From assembly GCF_000143415.4 (NCBI RefSeq), contig NW_003314262.1, forward strand, positions 4,102,021 through 4,166,020: a stretch of 64,000 nucleotides of DNA, written 5' to 3'. Positions 36,137 to 48,920 of this stretch are shown here, piece after piece. Numbering within the stretch: the first letter of the stretch is position 1; the number at the start of each line of letters is the position of its first letter. This DNA comes from Selaginella moellendorffii. Its lineage: Eukaryota; Plantae; Lycopodiophyta. The translations under genes were made by a program, and so were the position numbers. Under the pieces are notes generated by a model. That model saw only the letters and a program-made list of their open reading frames with translations. It made no database searches and was not told the DNA's origin.

Positions 36137-38388
36137 CATTTTTCTTCAATGATTATATACTAATTTAATTATAAATTATAAATAAATCAGAAAATAAATA
36201 AATATCTTTTTTAAAAAAATATTTAATAAGCTTAAAAACTACTTAATTTTGGGTCATTGGATTGAAGAAAACCCTAGTTTAGTTATTAAATCTGGTCCAT
36301 TTATTTTGAAATGTGACATATTTTTATAATTAAATACTCTATAAAATTAGGCCTATAAGGTTTATAAATGTATATATATTTACATTTATATACATGTATT
36401 AGTAGGTAATACACTAAATATAGGACTATAGCATATAAATCATCTATTTGAGACTAAATTTGATCTATTCATTTTTGTAAATAAGTAGGGGTTTAAACCC
36501 CAATTAATATACTGATTCTTATATCCTGGTGGAGGTGAGGGGCATTGTAATTTGTCCCTAAATGGCAAAGCATTTGAGCAGTGTTTTGTTCAATGTTTAA
36601 GATTGCGTTTTTATTTTAATTCCTTCGTTCTCTTTTAGATCTAGATCTTTATTAGTTTTTCTCTAAATTTAAGAATATAGTTATTATATCTATTCTTCTT
36701 TTTCAATCTTTATTACCTTTTCTTCTTTTGTTATGCCATATTGTCATTGATTATTGAGTATCTCACTTATGACTACTAATGTTACTCCATTAGATCGAGC
36801 TTTTAGTGCTATGCACATTCATGTTCTGGTTATCCTTGGTGTATTGCCATTACCAACTTCCATAGGATATAATTACAGAGTGCCCGATATAGTACATTCA
36901 ATTGGATGTGATAATGAAGTGAGCTAAATATAAATATTGAGAATAAACATAGTGAGTGTCTAAACAAAGCTAATGCTTTATAACTTTTTTTTCTTTTGAG
37001 AAGGGGATAAAGAAGATATGAATAATAAATAGGGTGAGTGCAACCTCCCATGTTTGGTGTTAGATGAAGATGAAGGTTGTGAATCTAAGTTAATACAGGT
37101 TTTGAATGTTGATCAAAGGAAAGATGCAAAGGTAAGTTGTGATGATGGTTGTAAGTTCAAATTAACAATAATATTAAAGGATAATCAATGGGCAAAATTA
37201 GAGGCAAAATGTATTATTTACTACAATGATGTTTTATGGATTATAATAGCTTTCAAATCCCTTGCTTCAATTTAAAGTTATGACTTTGAGGTTGGTTCAA
37301 GTATTTGGCAGTGGCACATAAAGTTGCAATTAGTTCATTGGGATTTTATAATTGACTGACATTTATGCTATAGCTTTGGGTTTTATTTCTATCATGGTTA
37401 TCAATAACTATATTGGTGGTTTTATAGGAGCTTTAAATTCTTATACTAGTCTATAATTGCTTAGCACAAGCTCTAAATGTTCCACCTAACTTATTGTTAT
37501 CATATTTTTCTCTTCCAAAAGCAAGGATAATATACAGTTTATAAATATATATACATATATACATGTGTTAACATGTTTAGGTAATATGCTGATTATAGTA
37601 CTATAACATATGGAGTGTCCATTTGAGACTAAATCTGGATCCTAATCATTTAAATTGGATTGTTCAAATTTTAGTTAAAATTAATCATATCCCTTGAAAT
37701 TTATTGAAGTAAATCCAAATGATAAGTTAAGCAATAAACTATTATGAGGTGGATGTTAATAGATTATTATAAAAGTGATAGATTTTCAAAGGATGGAGTC
37801 TTAAGTGCTCCAATATCCAATTTAGTAAAATGTGAAAGCTCAAAGAGATCATGAATTATATTACCTCAACTATATATATATATATATATCTGTGTGTGTG
37901 TGTGTGTGTATATGTATATGTATATATGTATTACCCTACCTAGGTAATACACCAATTATAATATTATAGCATATAGACTATCCATTTGGGATTGAATCTA
38001 ATCCATCTAGAAGGAAGGGTTTAAACCCCAATTAATATATTTATTCCTATATCCCAATGCTTTGATCAGTATTTAGGATTATATTTTTACTTTTATTCAA
38101 ATATTCTTCCTTTCTTTTCTAAATATGTTATAAATTTTTGCCAAATCTAGAATTATAACTATCCAATATATTCTTCTTTTTGATCTTTATTGCATTCATA
38201 GTAGTCTTGCACCCATTTTTGGTGTGTTGCCATCTTTAACTTCTCATTTTTATTTTGGCACATCAGTCATTTGTGACTTTTATAATTCTCATCTTCATAT
38301 GCAGTATTTATTTTGGCATATCAGCTATTTGTGACTCTTATGATTCTCATTCTCCATCCAATATTAAATTAAGTGTTTTATTTATCTT

Positions 38389-38582
38389 TATAAGCTCTTA
38401 AATGTAAACTTCCCAAAAGAGAGGTCACCCACCCAATACTACACAAACCCAGAGACACTTAACCCTTATCTCAAAACCCTTAATTGATTAGAAAAGGGGT
38501 GCATTATTGTTCATAGGCCCTTTTCTTTTATATTTAAATTTTTATAAATCATTTTTTGAGTTATTCCGTTTGGTTGCTTACA
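38389..38582 (-). mobile_element. Degenerate Cassandra solo LTR (194 bp) with an eroded 5S segment
   Basis: Reverse complement reads TGTAAGCAACCAAA...GTTAAGTGTCTCTGGGTTTGTGTAGTATTGGGTGGGTGACCTC..GGGAAGT..GAGCTTATA; flanked by TCTT on both sides. Confidence 0.88.
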
Positions 38583-40499
38583 TCTTCTATATACTAATTT
38601 AAATGTTAACATATGTATAAAGTTGAGAATCTTGCTTTTGTTTTATTGGTGGAGTTTTTGATTAGTTATAATGTTAAGTATTCCCTTATTCCAAGTGTTG
38701 AGTCACTTTTGCCAGAATTTTAAGTTGAGTGCATATCCCTAGTTGTAAATGTTACTAAAAGCCTTTATTTTACCATTGCTACTAAAAAATTTATTTGTTC
38801 TCTTGAGAGTGGGCTTTATTTTATAATAAAAGCTCCTCTATTCTCCAAGCTTTAGACATATTTCCTTATTATTATTTCCTCATTTTTGCTTTGTCAATTG
38901 TTGAAAAATCCAATTTCAATACTTCTTTATCCACAATTTATTCTCTCATAATGTTCCTTCCTCAAATTTTCCTATTCTTTACCTTGACTCGTCAAACCTT
39001 TTTTTCCTTTAAAGAAGTAGTTACAATAGTGGAGCAAGGATAAATCATATAGATTGTGGAATGGGGAGAAGTATAACAAGTTTAAATATAATATTCAACC
39101 CTGATATAGTGAGGTAAAATAGATATAATAGTGGAGTGAAGCTGAATATAAATGGTGGAGTGAAGATGAGTGTAGAGAATTTGAACAACATTGGTGCTTT
39201 AGAACTTTTTTTTTTTCAAGGAAGAAATGAAAAGGATATAAAGGATAAACAAAGTGAGTCTAACATCTTATATATAGTGTTAAAAAAAGACAAAGGTTAT
39301 GAGTCCAAATTAATAATGGTCTTAGAGGATGGCTAGTGGGCAAACTAATAGATAGGATGTATCACTATTCTAATGATGTTTTGCAGACTATAGTGGCTTT
39401 TAAAGTCCCTTGATTTAGTTCAAAGTTATAGCTTTAAGATTGGGTTGAGTGTTTAGCAGTTCTATATAGAGTTGTAATTAGTTCATTAAGATTTTATAGT
39501 GAATTGATATTAATGACATGGCTTTTTTGTTTCTATTATAGTTGCTAGCAATTAAGTTAATGGTTTCGTGGGAGCTTCAAATTCTTGTAGCAATTTATAA
39601 TTGCTTGGCAAAAGCTCTAGATATTTAATTTGACTTATTGTCATCAACTTTAAATTTCATCTTCTGGAGGGTCTATGTATACATATACATATATATATAC
39701 ATCTACATCTACATATACATACATACATACATACATATATATATATATATACATACATATATACACACATGTAATACCCTACCTAAATAATATGCTAATT
39801 ATAGCATTATAGCATATAGACCCTTTATTGGGAGTGATTTTAGTCCATCCATTCATGAATAATTAATACAGCTGTTCCTATATACTAAGCAAAGCACAGT
39901 ATATAACACTAACCTTCAATATAAAAATAATTAATTAAATAAGTAATAAAAATTAATAATTTAAAGAAAAATAATTTCTCTACCAATCAAAATATATTGT
40001 TGAATAATATTAGCAACTCATAATTTTTAATATATAAGAGTGGGATCTCCTTGATACACTTTAAGTGTATGATGTTAACAAAGTATAAATTCATTTGGAA
40101 AGTTTCAAATGCAATATATCTCAGCAACACAATCATGCACTAGAAAAATTTTAAAAACTTATAAAACTTTAAACATAAAAACAATCTTACTACCCATGAT
40201 TTTGAGTTGGTATTTGATAATAAATAATTAAGGATATAATTAATCAAGGAGAGGTTAAGCCCCTCCAGAAAGCTCTTGGTTTGTTCAATTATTTTTAAGT
40301 TCCTGAAGGCTTTCATTTACAAGATTTTAAATTTTGAACATCATTCTATGCTGAACCAATACCTTCTAGCAGTTCAAGGTCTTTTTTTAATTTAATACAC
40401 ATAATATATTTTCTGTGTTCCAAATTAGCCAAAAAAAAAGGCTAAAAATTAATCTTGATAAAAATGCAGACGTTTAGATTTTAGCAGGAGGAGCCTAAG

Positions 40500-40880
40500 A
40501 CAACTCGATCTCATCGTCCAAATGTATGGCATGGAAAGTGCGGAAGCAGAGCTCACCTTCTAATCCATCAAAGATCCCAATCTCTTCTCTCCATCTCGGT
40601 GGATCAAGCACGTGACGTGGTGCTGTGGAACACAATGCGGACTCGGGATATCATTGAGGCCATGAAAATTTTCCAGGAGATTCCTTCCAAGGATGCGGTA
40701 TCGTGGAGCAAGATCGTCCAAGCGCACCTGGGGATCTGGGTAGTGTGCTGCCAATGCCACAACTAAGAAGCATCCTAGTGAGGACGTTTGGTCGTTATAG
40801 ATCTTCCAAGAATCTCATCTTCTTGGTTGCAACGGAACTCAACCTTCCAAATCTTCCGGATAGATCTTCAAATTCTTTGC
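40500..40880 (+). pseudogene. PLS-class PPR gene fragment (duplicated at ~47640-47990)
   Basis: DIIEAMKIFQEIPSKDAVSWSKI resembles the PLS PPR motif A..IF..MP.KD.VSW; GKCGS relic. Confidence 0.6.
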
Positions 40881-41052
40881 AAGATAAATTATTCATAAAT
40901 GATACAAATTATAACAATGGATGAGAAAGGCCACGCAAAGTCTAGTGTAAATTAGAGGTGCTAGATTCCTAGGCCCTCTTTATAAACCCCACCCATTTCC
41001 GTCTCGACAGTGTCTCAGGTCAAGGATACTTCTTCATTGTTTCTCTCTTTCC

Positions 41053-41724
41053 ATGGCGGCAACAATGCTGGCAATTCTCATCGCCATCTTCGTCTTTGCG
41101 TGCTCGCCACCCCCACTCGTCCTCGCTGCCGACGAGGACATGCTCCAGGACGTCTGTGTCGCGGACAACAACAGCACTATCATCATCAATGGCAAGGTAT
41201 GCAAGCCCATGACAGCGGTGGTGGCCGAGGACTTCAAGTCGGGCTTGCTCAGGAACCTGGGCAACACCAGCAACAGGCTCGGCTCCGTAGTCACCGCTGC
41301 AAACGTTGGCAATTTCCCTGGACTCAACACTCTGGGCGTCTCTTTTGCGCGCCTTGACTACGCTCCCGGCGGTGTCAACCCCCCACACGTCCATCCACGG
41401 GGAACCGAGCTCCTCTTCCTCGTCCAGGGAACTCTGTTCGTGGGCTTTGTCACCACCGCACCGGATAACCGGCTCTTCGCGCAGACAATCAATCCCGGCG
41501 AGCTCTTCGTCTTCCCTCGAGGACTGGTTCACTTCCAGATCAACACTGGCAGAGAGCCCGCGGTGGCGGTGGCCGGGTTCAACTCGCAGAACCCCGGAGT
41601 CTCCCAGGTTGCCAAGGCCGTGCTTGGCTCGAACCCGCCTATCTTGGACGCCGTCATTGAGAGGATGTTCCAGATCGATAATGCTCTTGTGAAGAGGCTC
41701 CGGGAGCTCGTGAGCATGACGTAG
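41053..41724 (+). CDS. GLP: Germin-like protein (cupin), intronless
   Basis: Signal peptide; LQDVCVAD; germin boxes GGVNPPHVHPRGTE and GELFVFPRGLVHFQIN; TATA at ~40981. Confidence 0.95.
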   Translation: MAATMLAILIAIFVFACSPPPLVLAADEDMLQDVCVADNNSTIIINGKVCKPMTAVVAEDFKSGLLRNLGNTSNRLGSVVTAANVGNFPGLNTLGVSFARLDYAPGGVNPPHVHPRGTELLFLVQGTLFVGFVTTAPDNRLFAQTINPGELFVFPRGLVHFQINTGREPAVAVAGFNSQNPGVSQVAKAVLGSNPPILDAVIERMFQIDNALVKRLRELVSMT

Positions 41725-41989
41725 AGCATCGTTTTCCATGGAATTTGTTGTTTCTTTTGATTAATAACTTCAAAGGTTTTGTTGATCTACTCGGTTTTGT
41801 GCTCAAGATCATTGGAGAATAGCTTCATCCATAGGGCATCCATATTCTCGAGGTGAATCTCTGACAGACGCGCTCGAAATACCATCCAGGAAGCTCAAGT
41901 TCAGGATCTGCCCAGAAAATGGCAGCATCTTTTAAATTAATCAATTTAAACCTAATGGGCTACTGTCAAAATAAATGTTCGATTCAACC

Positions 41990-44150
41990 TTTAATTTCAT
42001 TGGCAAACTCTAGTACTCGCTGTTTTCCTTTTCAACCATTTGCTCTTAGCACTGCTCTTAGGAGAGATTGCGTCCGCCATCACCATTCCTTTGGGAGCAT
42101 GGATCGAGCCTGTGAGCCTGACGCAGCTGGAACATGCTTTCCTCAAGCTTTTCCCTACGAAGATGTCGAGCTTTCCTTGTCTCAAGTCACAGTATCTGCC
42201 AGCCAAGTTTCCTGCTGCCTATGGTGAAAACACTTGGTGACGAGAGGTATCAGCCAGAAGTTGCAATATCAGAGATCAGCACTCATCCACTCTGCCTGTA
42301 GCTAAAACGCTTGCTTTGCACGACCCTGGCCGAGAAGAGTCACCAAAGTGTTGTGGTTAACAGCAATGGGAGCACAGCCTTGTCCTGACGTCTCCAGGTA
42401 GTTTTGGGCCTCTCCATCTTCCAGAGCCATAGTAGCTCAAGAACGTAGTGATCACCACCGCCAAAAGAGTTCTCAAGTTCCCTCATCGGGCGGAACAGCT
42501 CCAATGCATTAATGTTATAGGTGACTATATTCTTGAGCAACACCTTGAACTCGGCTTCTAGCATTTCCCTGACTCCTGTGATCCCAGCTCGCAAAGTAGA
42601 GCGACCAGAGCTTGCTGGATTTACATCCTTTGCCTCGTCCAACCGTCAAGGTGAGCAAATCATCTCTGCCCATGAGCTCTATATCTCCGGCGTGAGTGCT
42701 CGTTGGACACTTTGTATGGCAGGCCGCCCGAACGCGTACCTTGTTCTAAACAATGCAGCTTCTATCCTGAAAGAAAAGCCGATGAAAGAACAGTCGCTTG
42801 CACAGGTGTTTCATTACCACCTCCCCAAACTCAACACCTTCCATATTTTCCTGCTTAAGCGGTCGGTGTACTTGCACTGCCACCACCACCTTGTATACGG
42901 CAAGAATCGGTATCATTGCCATCCTCAGCTGGTCCAGAAGTTCAAATATCTGCGTCCTCAGATCGTTGCTGCCGCCAGTTTTTCCATCATCAAGGAGAAG
43001 CTAAATATCATCCTGAGCACCCTCGAGGTCTCGACAAAGTGGAGGTTGCAAACCACTGGTCATGCTCGAGAAATCTGTTGAAGGATCTGTTCCAGCTTCT
43101 GCATCACCCTGGAGTTTCTACTCGACTTTCCAAACTCCGTAAAACCCTGGAGTTGTGCCTCAATCCGGAAGCTATGGTGCCTCAAAACCTGTCCTCGCGG
43201 CCTCAAAACTAGCTCGCTCCTTTCCTTTCAAGAATTTGCTCGTAGCACTGCTCAGGAACCTGTTAGAAGAGATAGCCTCCACCGCAGAGTGCTATACACG
43301 AAGGTGACCACATTGTCGTAAGCTTCTGGAATCCTCCGTAGCAGGCACGTCGGCCGAGCACCTGGACTCCTTCATTGCCTCGTGAATCAGACGACGTTTC
43401 GAACGATCGAGCCTATGAGCCTGGCACAGCCTGCCTCCGAGCTTTTTTCCCTTACGAAGAAGTCGAGCTTTCCATGTCGAAGTCACAGTTTGGAGAAACT
43501 TCCGTCTCTGGCACCACGTCAAAGACTTCATACAAGTTTCCTGCCTATGATGGAAACAGTCGGTGACGAGAAGCTTTCAGCCAGAAGTTGCAATACCATA
43601 CCAGCTTCAAGGAGAACTACGCCTCATCCACTCTGCCTTGGTCGAACAGAGCAAAACCGTGTAAATCTTGGAGAAAGCCTGTTTGAAAGCCTGACGGAAC
43701 TAGAATAAGAGTACAGCCTTGTCCAGGTAGTTTGTATTCTTTGTCAACCTCGTTGTCTCCAGAGGACTCTTGGCCGAGAATTCGAACTGGATCGCCATCT
43801 TCCAAAGCCGGAACATTTCTCTCTGTAGCTGCCGAGAGCATGCCTGCCGAGCTGGAGTAGATACATCTGTGAGTTCTCAGGAATACCAGAGTTCCCGTCT
43901 TGCAGCAACTCTCTGGCCTGGCGATCCAGGCTCGCCTAGGAGCCACACATTTGCACATATCCAGAGTGGAAAAGCAACTTGCTGAAGTCTGGATCAACGC
44001 TCGTCATCCCTGAGACCCTCCGCCTCGTCCAGCCGCTCGTAGCTAAGTCAAACCAACTGTTTGTAGCAAGCCAGCTGCTTCACCTCCCGCAACTTGCTAC
44101 CGTAAACTTCGTGTCGAAGGCAGCTCCAATACTTCCGGTGTTTCATTTGA
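41990..44150 (-). pseudogene. Highly degenerate PPR-like (P-class) relic with an internal duplication
   Basis: Scattered motifs NIVTYN, DNVVTF, GRVDEA, RLDEA and GCAP; block ~42100-42390 resembles ~43400-43730; many stops. Confidence 0.4.
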
Positions 44151-44181
44151 CCGTGATGATCCTTGAGGGAAAATAAAATTA

Positions 44182-47100
44182 TGTCAGCTTCAATTTTCTG
44201 TCACGGTGACAGCGGCGAGAGCTTGCTGGATTTTGATCCTTTGCCTCACGGCTGTATGGGTGCTGCATACGCTGAAATGGCCTTGAAAATGCTAGCACAC
44301 CTTTTGTTCACCACCACTTGTCATAATAATCGCCTTCTCAATTCCTGTTCAAGTGTATGTGTCAGTGACCGCTAAAAGGAGAAGAGAAAACAACAGAACA
44401 GAAAAAACACAATTACCGGTGGCACAAAACAATGGTGTCGCAATGTCGCCCATGAATGTCAAGGCATCTAGCAGTTCTGCTGCTGCATAAGGCGTCAAAT
44501 CACCCTCGTTCTCTGAGCTCCCAGGTTGATGAGCTTCACGGATCTCCACAAAAACAGCACTATCTCCTTGCTTATCGCTCACCAATTCGGAAAAGTCGCT
44601 CCATCCTTCATCTATCGGGTGGCCTGCTCATTAAAATAGCACTGTTGTCTGACTGATCATCCAAGCTGACCGCTTCTTGTTTTTCTAGCTCAGGTAGAAT
44701 GTTGTGACTTTCCCACTCATAGTTTTGCTGCTCGCTCGTGGCACTAAAAGGTGGAGCACCACGCCTTCGCAGCTCTTGTACCTGAGCTCGAAATTGGCCA
44801 CCACGCAAAAGCCAAGCGTCTTTAAAGCCAGCGTATAGTCCCTGCATTCACATATTAGAATAAAGATCCAATAAACATTGAATGAAAATTAATAAATTCA
44901 AACGTACATGTAAATTGAAATATTTCCAGCCACCTTTTGACGCGTGAATAAGATTAATAAACATGTCAAAGACCTCCTGCTCAATTCAGAGCTAAAATCC
45001 ACAAGGAATTTGGAAAAGTACTTACATCTGTATAAGCATCGTGATCATCAGGGAGTGTCGATTCCAAAGCACGAATGCTGCTATGCCACGGGAAAGTAAG
45101 CCCCGACACTGTCAAAACAGTTAAAATCAAAACAAAGGTAAAAAGAATGAGAAAAGCTTACTTGTCTTGAGCGTGATCTTGCTGATGTCGATGACACCAA
45201 ACGAGAACACCCCTGCAAACCAATTCTCGTCAATTATCGTAAAGACGAAAATCTGAAGTGCAGCTTACGATATGGTTCATAAAGTGACGCTCGCTCGATC
45301 AGTGATGGATAAATCGGCGCCTGGAGCTCAACACAAGTCCCGGAGGAAAGAGCGCCACAAAACCGTAAAGAGCATTGAGGGCTTTCATCATCGTTGAGCA
45401 GCAGCCGAGCACCAAGGAACCAAGGAGCTTCTTGTTTTCCTCGCTCAGGCACAATGTCGCGATGTACTTCCCGCTCGCAGATTGCTGGAACTTCAAACCA
45501 AAACACTTGATAAGGATGATGCAAACAAAAACATAAACAGCTTACAGTTAGTAGTATTGTAATCTCCTTGGAAGTTGACGCAGACTAGCTTGATAAGCAG
45601 TGGGGTGTTTGGAGGCTGCGGAATAACTGCGTTGAGTTTGAGCACCGCCAACTCAAACAGTGATATATAACTCGGCACCTGGAGCTCCACACAAGTCCAC
45701 GAGGAAAGATCACCAGAAAAGCGTGAACAGCATAGATTGTTGAGCAGCAGTCGAGCACCAGGCCGACCAGGAAGAGGAGCTTCCATGCCGCCGGTGATGC
45801 GAAGAACAGAACGAGCACCACTTGCCAGCTCCGGCAACGCAACCTATAGAAGCCAAGTGTTAAGTGTGGAGCCAGGAAAAGATAGACTTACATTTAGCGG
45901 AAAAGAGTATGCTGGACTCGGAACCACTGAGCCAAGGAATATGGAAAGTATTCTTACGCTAGAGTTGTAGGACTTCGAACCACATCCGGGAATTAAGCCG
46001 GGCTCACTAATCACCTGGAGCGTGAAGATTGCATTGCTCCGTGATCCCTTGATCATCACCGATTGACGCTGCAGAGGCATAAAGTCTTGGCCGTAGAGTT
46101 GTGAGACCGATATGTCTTGATTGAGGTCGAGGAATGTACACTTGGCTTCTCTTGTGTGCTTTACCAGCGTACGTGAAAACTGCATGGACAAAGAGATTAG
46201 AAAATGACTCCAAGTACACTGGAAAGACGAGAAAGCTTACCTCATTGGACCTGTTGAGCACACCATCGTCATAACTCTGCTGCTGAAGCAAGATCATGAG
46301 CAAACACTGTATAGCTGGGTAGCTGGCCATAACCAAGACAAGCCATGGCCATGCGTGACTCCTGGATTGAGCTTGCGATAAGGAGCTCAGAGACAACCTC
46401 CAAGCGCTTGAGAAACTGCATCAGGTGTGTGTTAGTGACAATATGAAAAGCAGAGTGGGCTTACTTCATTGTCAATCTCCAGCAGTAACTGCGGCTCAAA
46501 GCTCACGCTGGATGCAGTCGTTATGTCGTGATGGCTTTGCTCTTGCTGCAGCTGACCAGGCATGAAAGCCGGAGGGATCACAAAGTCGAGCATTGTCAAA
46601 GGCAAACGAACTTCCGAGGTGATTGGAGGCTGTGGAACAACGCTCCTTGGCAGCTCAGCTAGATCAGTGTCAAGGGACCCGCTGTGAACCGCTGGCACCA
46701 TTCTTGAGCTCTGGAAGTCAAGAACAACACCTGGCATCATTCTCGAGTTCTGGTAGTCCAGAAGGTCTATGAAAAAAAAGGAAACAAATCAAAGTCAGCC
46801 AGGCCTTGGAAGATAAACAAGAAAACTTACATTCGTAGTCACTGATGCGAGGAGCATAGAAGATTGGGTTATTACTCGATGGTCGTACAGCAGGAGTCCG
46901 GCCAAAGTCAATATTCCGAATCCCGGACACTGTAAACAGAGGTTAGAAACAAGTGGAATAAAGGTAAACACCAAAACTAAACACCCCTTTATAAAAAAAA
47001 TGGAAAATGCTTACTTGTCTTGAGCTTGAGCAAGTTGATGTCGATGCAACAAAACGAGCACTCCCTGCTGGGCTGCGCGAAAGCTGTGAGTGTGGATTGT

Positions 47101-47382
47101 CGTCGCTGCGCGAAAACTCGTCGTCCCTTTGGCTGCTGCGTGTTGCGCTTCCAGAACTTGAAAACGAGGAGCGAGAGCACCAAGAACGAGAGCATGCCCA
47201 GCACCACAACGCACAGCACTAGCAGCTCCCAAAAGGACGGAGCCGCGGCTACGACAACTACTCCTTGGTAGTACCTTGGATTCGCGATGCGCCTCGCCAT
47301 TTCTCGCCCTCCTCCCGAAATGAAAGGTATATGCCAAGAACAAAATTAGGGTTTCCATTAGGGTCGGCTGTAAAAATATAAC
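44182..47382 (-). repeat. Arm 1 of a ~3.3-kb inverted segmental duplication
   Basis: Reverse complement of 60291-63813 with indels; near-identical ORF translations. Confidence 0.95.
44375..47300 (-). CDS. Orphan multi-exon gene, copy 1 (N-terminal TM anchor, internally repeated domains); may be a pseudogene
   Basis: MARRIANPRYY..TM..CSFCCIDINLLKLKT followed by a GTAAG donor and a series of short exons; 3' end uncertain. Confidence 0.5.
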
Positions 47383-47569
47383 CCCCCCCCCTCCCCGTGT
47401 TAGACAAATAAGAAATACATCATAAAAAAACTCATATTATTAAAGAACAGAGTTTGCTAAATTTAGTAGTGTATACAAAGAAATAAATGTGGACAATTTT
47501 TTTCCTATTATTAAAACCTTAAAAGTTAACAAAATAGTGTTATTAAAGTAGAAAAGCTCTAAAAGATAC

Positions 47570-48920
47570 ACGTTTTTGTGTTCCAAATAAGCTAAAACTT
47601 AATATTGATAAGACCAAAAATGCAAGGAGCCCAAGCCGATTCATCGTCCAAATGTATTGCATGGAAAGTGTTGGCTGATGCAGAGCTCGCCTTCTAAGAT
47701 CACAATCTCTTCTCTCTATCTCGGTGGATCAAGCACATGACGTGCTGCTGTGGAACACAATGCGGACTGGGGATATCGTTGAGGCGATGAAAATTTTCCA
47801 GGAGATTCCTTCCAAGGATGCGGTATCATGGAGCGAGATCGTCCATGCGCGCAGACGGGTAGTGCACTTCTAATGCCACAACGAAGAAGCATCCTAGTGA
47901 GGACGCTTGGTCGTTATAGATCTTCCAAGAATCTCACCTTCTTGGTTGCAACGGAACTCAGCCTTCCAAATCTTCCGGATAGATCTTGCAAGATAAAATT
48001 ATCCATGAATCATAAATTATTGTCAATATGGTTATTACAACTTACAATAACACTGTATCGATGGATGAGAAAGGCCATGCAACTCTAGTGTAAATTAGAG
48101 GTGCTAGATCGTCCTAGACCCTCTTTATAAACCCCTCTCGGCAGTGTCTCAGGTCAAAGATAGTTCTTCATCGTTTCTCTCATTCCATGGCAGCAACAAT
48201 GTTGGCAATTCTCATCGCCATCTTCGTCTTTGCATGCTCGCCACCCCCACTCGTCCTTGCTGCCGACGAGGACATGCTCCAGGACGTATGTGTCGCGGAC
48301 AACAACAGCACTATCATCATCAATGGCAAGGTATGCAAGCCCATGGTAGCGGTGGTGGCCGAGGACTTCAAGTCGGGCTTGCTCAGGAACCCAGGCAACA
48401 CCAGCAACAGGCTCGGCTCCGCAGTCACTGCTGCAAACGTTGGCAATTTCCCTGGACTCAACACTCTGGGCGTCTCGTTTGCCCGCCTCGACTACGCTCC
48501 CGGTGGTGTCAACCCCCCACACGTCCACCCCCGGGGCACCGAGCTCCTCTTCCTTGTCCAGGGAACTCTGTTCGTGGGCTTTGTCACCACCGCACCGGAT
48601 AACCGGCTCTTCGCGCAGACAATCAATCCCGGCGAGCTCTTCGTCTTCCCTCGAGGACTGGTTCACTTCCAGATCAACACTGGCAGAGAGCCCGCGGTTG
48701 CGGTGGCCGGGTTCAACTCGCAGAACCCCGGAGTCTCCCAGGTTGCCAAGGCCGTGTTTGGATCGAACCCGCCTATCTTGGACGCCGTCATTGAGAGGAC
48801 GTTCCAGATCGATAATGCTCTCGTGCAGAGGCTCCGGGAGCTCGTGAGCATGACGTAGAGCATCGTTTTCCATGGATTTTGTTGTTTCTTTTGATTAATA
48901 ACTTCAAAGGTTTTGTTGAA
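47570..48920 (+). repeat. Direct duplication of ~40410-41785 (PPR fragment plus GLP)
   Basis: Colinear high identity across the promoter, CDS and start of the 3'UTR. Confidence 0.9.
48187..48858 (+). CDS. GLP: Germin-like protein (cupin), intronless paralog
   Basis: 223 aa; differs from the 41053 copy at only about 7 residues. Confidence 0.95.
   Translation: MAATMLAILIAIFVFACSPPPLVLAADEDMLQDVCVADNNSTIIINGKVCKPMVAVVAEDFKSGLLRNPGNTSNRLGSAVTAANVGNFPGLNTLGVSFARLDYAPGGVNPPHVHPRGTELLFLVQGTLFVGFVTTAPDNRLFAQTINPGELFVFPRGLVHFQINTGREPAVAVAGFNSQNPGVSQVAKAVFGSNPPILDAVIERTFQIDNALVQRLRELVSMT

Larger units (their letters stand above)
34600..39890. mobile_element. Nest of degenerate LTR-retrotransposon relics (second family with the same PBS)
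   Basis: LTR-like units at ~34875, 36394, 37564, 37927 and 39770; PBS TGGTGGAGGTGAGGGGCA at ~36527; repeated blocks 34615-35400/36137-36880, 35790-36020/38585-38815 and 37190-37500/39335-39655. Confidence 0.7.

Noticed and set aside
34615-36880. Duplication around the N gap as a pure assembly overlap
   Set aside because: The copies differ by many substitutions and indels, more than expected for an overlap. Treated as a real old duplication, although the gap prevents certainty.
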